DNA from: Naegleria gruberi
Lineage: Eukaryota
DNA: 2,698 nt
NCBI GenBank assembly: GCA_000004985.1
Contig: GG739250.1
Reading direction: 5' to 3' (one strand)
The notes under the pieces are model-generated. The model ran no database searches, was not told the DNA's origin, and was given only the letters and a program-made list of their open reading frames with translations. Both the position numbers and the translations under genes were made by a program. Positions 1 through 2,698 of this stretch are shown in pieces (the first letter of the stretch is position 1; each line of letters starts with the position of its first letter).

Positions 1-1380
1 CAATACCTATTGGAAGGCAATCTTGTCATTATTTCTACAACTATTTCCACATTCCTTTCCAAAAAGGTTAATAGAATAGGATTGTTTCCATTATTTATCA
101 GAATTTTAACAAATAAGGAGTATAGATTCAAAGAAACTGAAATAAGTGATGATATTGACCTAGTGGAATATAATGTCTTGCTTCAACTTGTGAAATTTCA
201 CAAAAAGTCAGATATTCTCCTCAGGTATTGGACAGAATTGATTGACATGTCTATTAACAGATTGACATTAGAGGTAAGAGAGGAGGATTTTGGAGAAATA
301 TTGGAAACATTAATTGAGAAATATGACAACATATACTCTCTCACCATCCTTGGAGATATTTTCGATGAATTGGAATATTTTGAACGTTTCTTACCACATT
401 TAAAGAAATCAATTCAGAAGAATGGAATTGAGAGTGAATTTCTCATTTCCTACCTCGGTCGTTTGTCAAGATTGGAAATTCCAATTTCAAAAAAGTGGGA
501 ACGGGCTCAAATTTATTTGGAATACATTTTAGATTTTGCTCCCCCAGCCATCACAAACTTTCCAAGTGATTTCATTTTGGATTTGAGTAATGAGTTGGAA
601 ATACTTTCAACATTCATTGACAAATATCCTCAAGTACTTGTTAATGATTTTCCATATTTAGACTTGACCAATTTCACACGAAAAGGAAATGCCAAAAACT
701 TTTTCCAAGTAGCCAGATCCAGAGGAATAGATTGTTCCATTCAAATTTATAATTTGGCATCACGTTTAATATCAGAAGCTAGATATGCCTGCGTCCATAA
801 CCAAAAGATTTCTGAATTGATTTGTTTTGTGATTAGTGAGAAATTTTTTGTCGATATTTATCACTTTGAAGAAGATTCAAAATTCTTCATAAATTTTGTG
901 AAATACTTGATGCAAGTTCACTATGAATCGATTGAGAAGGAAATTGAATTTCTATTTCCCACCATTGTGGATCTTGGAAAGATATATGGACAAGACACCA
1001 ACTATGAAAAGAGAATTTGGAATTCCATTGGAGAACTCATTTCCAGATTGCTTTTAGTTGAGGAATTGCCTCAAATTAACAAGATCATGGACAGGAAATT
1101 TACACCCACCGTGTGGAATGTTGATTTGTTAATCTATTTATTGGAAGAGGATGCACTCCATCCTCAAGTTATCTCCAATATATATGAATTGATTCGATAT
1201 AGTGAGACAGAATCATTGGATCAGTATGTCCATCGATTATTATCAGAGGAGAAGAATTCTTCAGTAGTACAAGAGCCGATAATTGACAATATCTCATTTG
1301 CTAATTTTACAAAAAGTGATCCAAAATTTTATATTTGTCTTTACAATGCTTGCCAATTAAGATTCAACCACAATGTTTAA
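1..1380 (+). CDS. 5'-partial CDS encoding a hypothetical alpha-helical protein (at least 459 aa in window) of unknown function. The reading frame is open from base 1, so the true start probably lies upstream of the window. TAA stop at 1378-1380.
   Basis: A 1371-nt uninterrupted ORF in an AT-rich, stop-rich background is very unlikely by chance. There is no in-frame stop between base 1 and the tool's TTG 'start' at 10, and the first in-frame ATG is only at about 247. The composition is protein-like (I/L/E/F/K/Y-rich with amphipathic helical periodicity), and Arg is mostly encoded by AGA. I recognise no conserved domain motif. Confidence 0.75.
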   Translation, partial: QYLLEGNLVIISTTISTFLSKKVNRIGLFPLFIRILTNKEYRFKETEISDDIDLVEYNVLLQLVKFHKKSDILLRYWTELIDMSINRLTLEVREEDFGEILETLIEKYDNIYSLTILGDIFDELEYFERFLPHLKKSIQKNGIESEFLISYLGRLSRLEIPISKKWERAQIYLEYILDFAPPAITNFPSDFILDLSNELEILSTFIDKYPQVLVNDFPYLDLTNFTRKGNAKNFFQVARSRGIDCSIQIYNLASRLISEARYACVHNQKISELICFVISEKFFVDIYHFEEDSKFFINFVKYLMQVHYESIEKEIEFLFPTIVDLGKIYGQDTNYEKRIWNSIGELISRLLLVEELPQINKIMDRKFTPTVWNVDLLIYLLEEDALHPQVISNIYELIRYSETESLDQYVHRLLSEEKNSSVVQEPIIDNISFANFTKSDPKFYICLYNACQLRFNHNV

Positions 1381-1516
1381 TATTTAACATCATGACAGTG
1401 CAACTTCCTAATAGTTCTCAAAAACTGTACAATTTCTTCAAAAATCATGCCTAGTCAACCACCAAATGGAAAATTCTAAAAATAAAACAAAACTTTTCCA
1501 AAAAAAAAGCCACAAA
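1381..1516 (+). promoter_or_regulatory. Short intergenic / leader region (136 bp) between the ORF1 stop and the LOG-family gene start. It presumably contains the LOG gene's core promoter and an A-rich 5' leader.
   Basis: Non-coding in all long frames. It is strongly A-rich toward the ATG (aaaaataaaacaaaacttttccaaaaaaaaagccacaaaATG) and lacks any GGAGG-like Shine-Dalgarno sequence. No specific promoter element can be assigned without knowing the organism. Confidence 0.35.
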
Positions 1517-2044
1517 ATGAAAATTGGTATTTTCGGCGGATGTAACACCACTCGTCTGACTCCAGTTTTAGAGGAAGAATTGAAGGTTCTCGCCTCACTG
1601 ATCAATACGGAACAACACCTCGTTGTATACGGAGGTGGAAAGAAGGGAGTGATGAGTATTGTTCCAAAGTATTTTCATGAGAGAGGAGGAAGGGTGATTT
1701 CGATCAATACAAAGGAGGCTAATAATGGATTGGATGAGTGTTATGGTGAGAATTTTCTGTATGATACACTGCAGGAGAGACAGAGGAGATTGATTGAGAA
1801 TAGTGAGTTGGTGATTTGTTTGCCAGGAGGAATTGGAACTATTAGTGAATTGTTTGATGTAATGGCAATGAATAATAACAAGATTAGGAATGTCAAGATT
1901 TTATTGTATAATTTTGAAGGATTTTTCAATCACATGATTGAACAAATTAAATTATTGGGAAAGAATACGGATGAATATTTGATAGTGACAAATGAAGTGA
2001 ATGACTTGATGGAACGTTTGAAGGAATTAATTAAAATTGAATAG
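1517..2044 (+). CDS. LOG-family protein (TIGR00730 / PF03641; cytokinin riboside 5'-monophosphate phosphoribohydrolase-like / putative nucleotide 5'-monophosphate nucleosidase), about 175 aa from ATG 1517. An in-frame upstream ATG at 1466 would add a 17-aa K/N-rich extension (192 aa).
   Basis: The translation contains the family signature motifs: 'IGIFGG' near the N-terminus, 'VVYGGGKKGVMSIV' (GGGxxGxMG motif), 'LPGGIGTISELFD' (PGGxGTxxE catalytic motif) and 'KILLYNFEGFF' (the counterpart of the LOG 'GLLNVDGYY' segment). Length and motif spacing match short-type LOG proteins. TAG stop at 2042-2044. The interval 1466-1516 is extremely A-rich (A9 run at 1501-1509) and reads like a leader, so ATG 1517 in the context 'cacaaaATGa' is favoured. 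Confidence 0.85.
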   Translation: MKIGIFGGCNTTRLTPVLEEELKVLASLINTEQHLVVYGGGKKGVMSIVPKYFHERGGRVISINTKEANNGLDECYGENFLYDTLQERQRRLIENSELVICLPGGIGTISELFDVMAMNNNKIRNVKILLYNFEGFFNHMIEQIKLLGKNTDEYLIVTNEVNDLMERLKELIKIE

Positions 2045-2046
2045 AT

Positions 2047-2070
2047 AAATTATTAAATTATTAAATTATT
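2047..2070. repeat. Perfect tandem repeat (AAATTATT)x3 immediately downstream of the LOG gene stop codon. It lies in the presumed 3' UTR and may overlap a TAAA-type polyadenylation signal.
   Basis: Direct reading gives 2047-2054, 2055-2062 and 2063-2070, each AAATTATT. A related 'gaattattt' follows at 2079-2087. Confidence 0.9.
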
Positions 2071-2294
2071 ATATTTGTGAATTATTTAGTTCTTCACTCT
2101 AAACTGATTATTTCAATTTCAACAAATTTCAATTATTTTGAAAAAGGAAATTTCAGTTAATAATTACATGATTGAAATACTACTAGTAGTGGCAGGCTTC
2201 AATCCTTCACCGACATGTCTAATGGCTTATTTTGTGAAATGGATAATTGACCTAATAAACAGCCTCCTTATTGATAAATCTGTCAGCAAGTCTT

Positions 2295-2395
2295 CTCAAG
2301 ACAAGTCCATTTATAGAGACTGCAACTTTTACCATATCTTCACATATACGGTTGGCATGTTCGATGAGGAATGATTTACCATTACTTGTCTTGAG
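2295..2395. repeat. Perfect 12-bp inverted repeat, CTCAAGACAAGT (2295-2306) and ACTTGTCTTGAG (2384-2395), flanking a 77-nt spacer. It could form a stem-loop as RNA or a cruciform as DNA.
   Basis: Exact reverse-complement match read directly from the sequence. It does not extend beyond 12 bp on either side, and no obvious target-site duplication flanks it. Confidence 0.8.
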
Positions 2396-2435
2396 TGATA
2401 TCTTGACAATTTCCAAATCCTTCTTCAATTCTGAT

Positions 2436-2445
2436 AAAATAAAAA
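2436..2445 (-). terminator. Pol III-type oligo(T) terminator for the tRNA gene. On the minus strand T5 (2441-2445) is followed by T4 (2436-2439), beginning 5 nt after the discriminator base.
   Basis: The minus-strand sequence immediately 3' of the tRNA is A-AATG-TTTTT-A-TTTT-ATCAG. Runs of 4 or more T on the coding strand shortly after a tRNA 3' end are the established RNA polymerase III termination signal in eukaryotes. No hairpin precedes the T-run, which argues against a bacterial intrinsic terminator. Confidence 0.6.
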
Positions 2446-2449
2446 CATT

Positions 2450-2523
2450 TACCGACAATGGGGCTCGAACCCACGACCCCAGGATTAGAAGTCCTGTGCT
2501 CTATCCAACTGAGCTATGACGGC
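2450..2523 (-). tRNA. tRNA-Arg (anticodon UCU, decoding AGA), 74 nt, no encoded CCA, no intron.
   Basis: Minus-strand read: GCCGTCA-TA-GCTC-AGTTGGATA-GAGC-A-CAGGA-CTTCTAA-TCCTG-GGGTC-GTGGG-TTCGAGC-CCCAT-TGTCGGT-A. It folds as a cloverleaf. The D-stem GCTC/GAGC is 4 bp and the anticodon stem CAGGA/TCCTG is 5 bp. The loop CU-UCU-AA has U33 and A37. The T-stem GUGGG/CCCAU surrounds the loop TTCGAGC. Conserved U8, A14, G15-C48, G18G19, T54T55C56 and A58 are all present. A box TAGCTCAGTTGG and B box GGTTCGAGCCC are canonical. The acceptor stem has 5 Watson-Crick pairs plus a G1-U72 wobble and a U5-U68 mismatch. Confidence 0.85.
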
Positions 2524-2698
2524 TCACATTGGGTTACAGCAAAAGTTTGAATTATTGTTAGGGAAATCCACTCAAACTTTTAGCATCTCGCCAAATATTT
2601 TGATTTTAAGGTGAGGTTTTCCACCAATGTTTTGAAAATTTACTTTTTCCTTGAGTTTTGTAAATTGATTTCTTAAAAATGTTGGAAAAACAAAATGA

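Noticed and set aside
240-268. 9-bp direct repeat GATTGACAT at 240-248 and 260-268
   Set aside because: It lies inside ORF1 and encodes LIDM / RLTL segments. It is most simply a coding coincidence in a low-complexity AT-rich gene and has no further copies.
1381-1520. Search for Shine-Dalgarno / bacterial promoter signals that would indicate a bacterial origin. The tRNA D-arm resembles bacterial tRNA-Arg(UCU).
   Set aside because: No GGAGG-like motif lies within 20 nt of either candidate ATG, and the leaders are A-rich instead. The tRNA is followed by a bare T-run, not a hairpin terminator. A Bacteroidetes-type SD-less bacterium cannot be strictly excluded, but the eukaryotic reading is more parsimonious.
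1741-1929. 62-aa minus-strand ORF embedded antisense within the LOG-family gene
   Set aside because: It lies entirely inside a well-supported conserved CDS on the opposite strand. Its hydrophobic low-complexity translation is typical of antisense frames of AT-rich coding DNA.
2033-2040. Octamer AAAATTGA, identical to the early-promoter motif of mimivirus-like giant viruses, about 100-130 nt upstream of the 2138/2168 ORF
   Set aside because: It is a single occurrence inside the last codons (K-I-E-stop) of the LOG gene. No further copies upstream of ORF1, the LOG gene or the tRNA were found on either strand. An 8-mer of A/T-rich composition is expected by chance in AT-rich DNA.
2138-2374. 78-aa plus-strand ORF (TTG-initiated in the track; first ATG at 2168)
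   Set aside because: The translation is hydrophobic and low-complexity, and it overlaps a more protein-like frame on the other strand. No sequence signal supports either as a real gene, so I could not justify calling it a CDS.
2431-2447. Minus-strand polypyrimidine tract followed by CAG (tttttattttatcag) resembling a 3' splice acceptor for the ubiquitin-like ORF
   Set aside because: The oligo-T runs sit 5 nt after the tRNA discriminator. They are better explained as the Pol III terminator of the tRNA gene, and no matching 5' splice site or branch point could be identified.
2271-2519. 82-aa plus-strand ORF running into the tRNA region
   Set aside because: Its C-terminal third is just the translation of the tRNA gene's opposite strand. 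It has no ATG at the tool-assigned start, and its composition is not protein-like.
1-2698. CRISPR arrays, transposase or integrase genes, rRNA
   Set aside because: There are no regularly spaced direct repeats and no ORF with recombinase or transposase motifs. Nothing resembles conserved rRNA segments.

Overview
This is an AT-rich, compactly organised window that looks like a nuclear region of a small-genome eukaryote (protist-like). The evidence is A-rich leaders directly abutting ATGs, no Shine-Dalgarno motifs, and an oligo-T Pol III-type terminator right after a tRNA gene. A bacterial, Bacteroidetes-like source cannot be fully excluded from sequence alone. The window holds three well-supported genes. 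The first is the 3' 1.38 kb of a large, 5'-truncated plus-strand ORF (1..1380) encoding an alpha-helical, I/L/E/F/K-rich orphan-like protein with no domain I can recognise. The second is a plus-strand LOG-family gene (TIGR00730 / PF03641 'lysine-decarboxylase-like'; cytokinin riboside 5'-monophosphate phosphoribohydrolase / nucleotide nucleosidase family). Its most likely start is ATG 1517 (alternative ATG 1466), it ends at 2044, and it carries the diagnostic GGGxxGxM and PGGxGTxxE motifs. The third is a minus-strand tRNA-Arg(UCU) gene (2450..2523) with canonical A/B boxes. It is followed on its own strand by T5 and T4 runs. The roughly 400 bp between the LOG stop and the tRNA contain a perfect (AAATTATT)x3 tandem repeat, degenerate ATTTCAA repeats, a perfect 12-bp inverted repeat enclosing 77 nt, and several overlapping ATG-less ORFs. 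One of these has a weak ubiquitin-like pattern. None of them can be called a gene with confidence. I see no CRISPR array, no obvious transposase or mobile element, and no clear novel multi-gene system. The most noteworthy items are the LOG gene in this genomic context, the slightly imperfect tRNA acceptor stem, and the structured spacer between the LOG gene and the tRNA.
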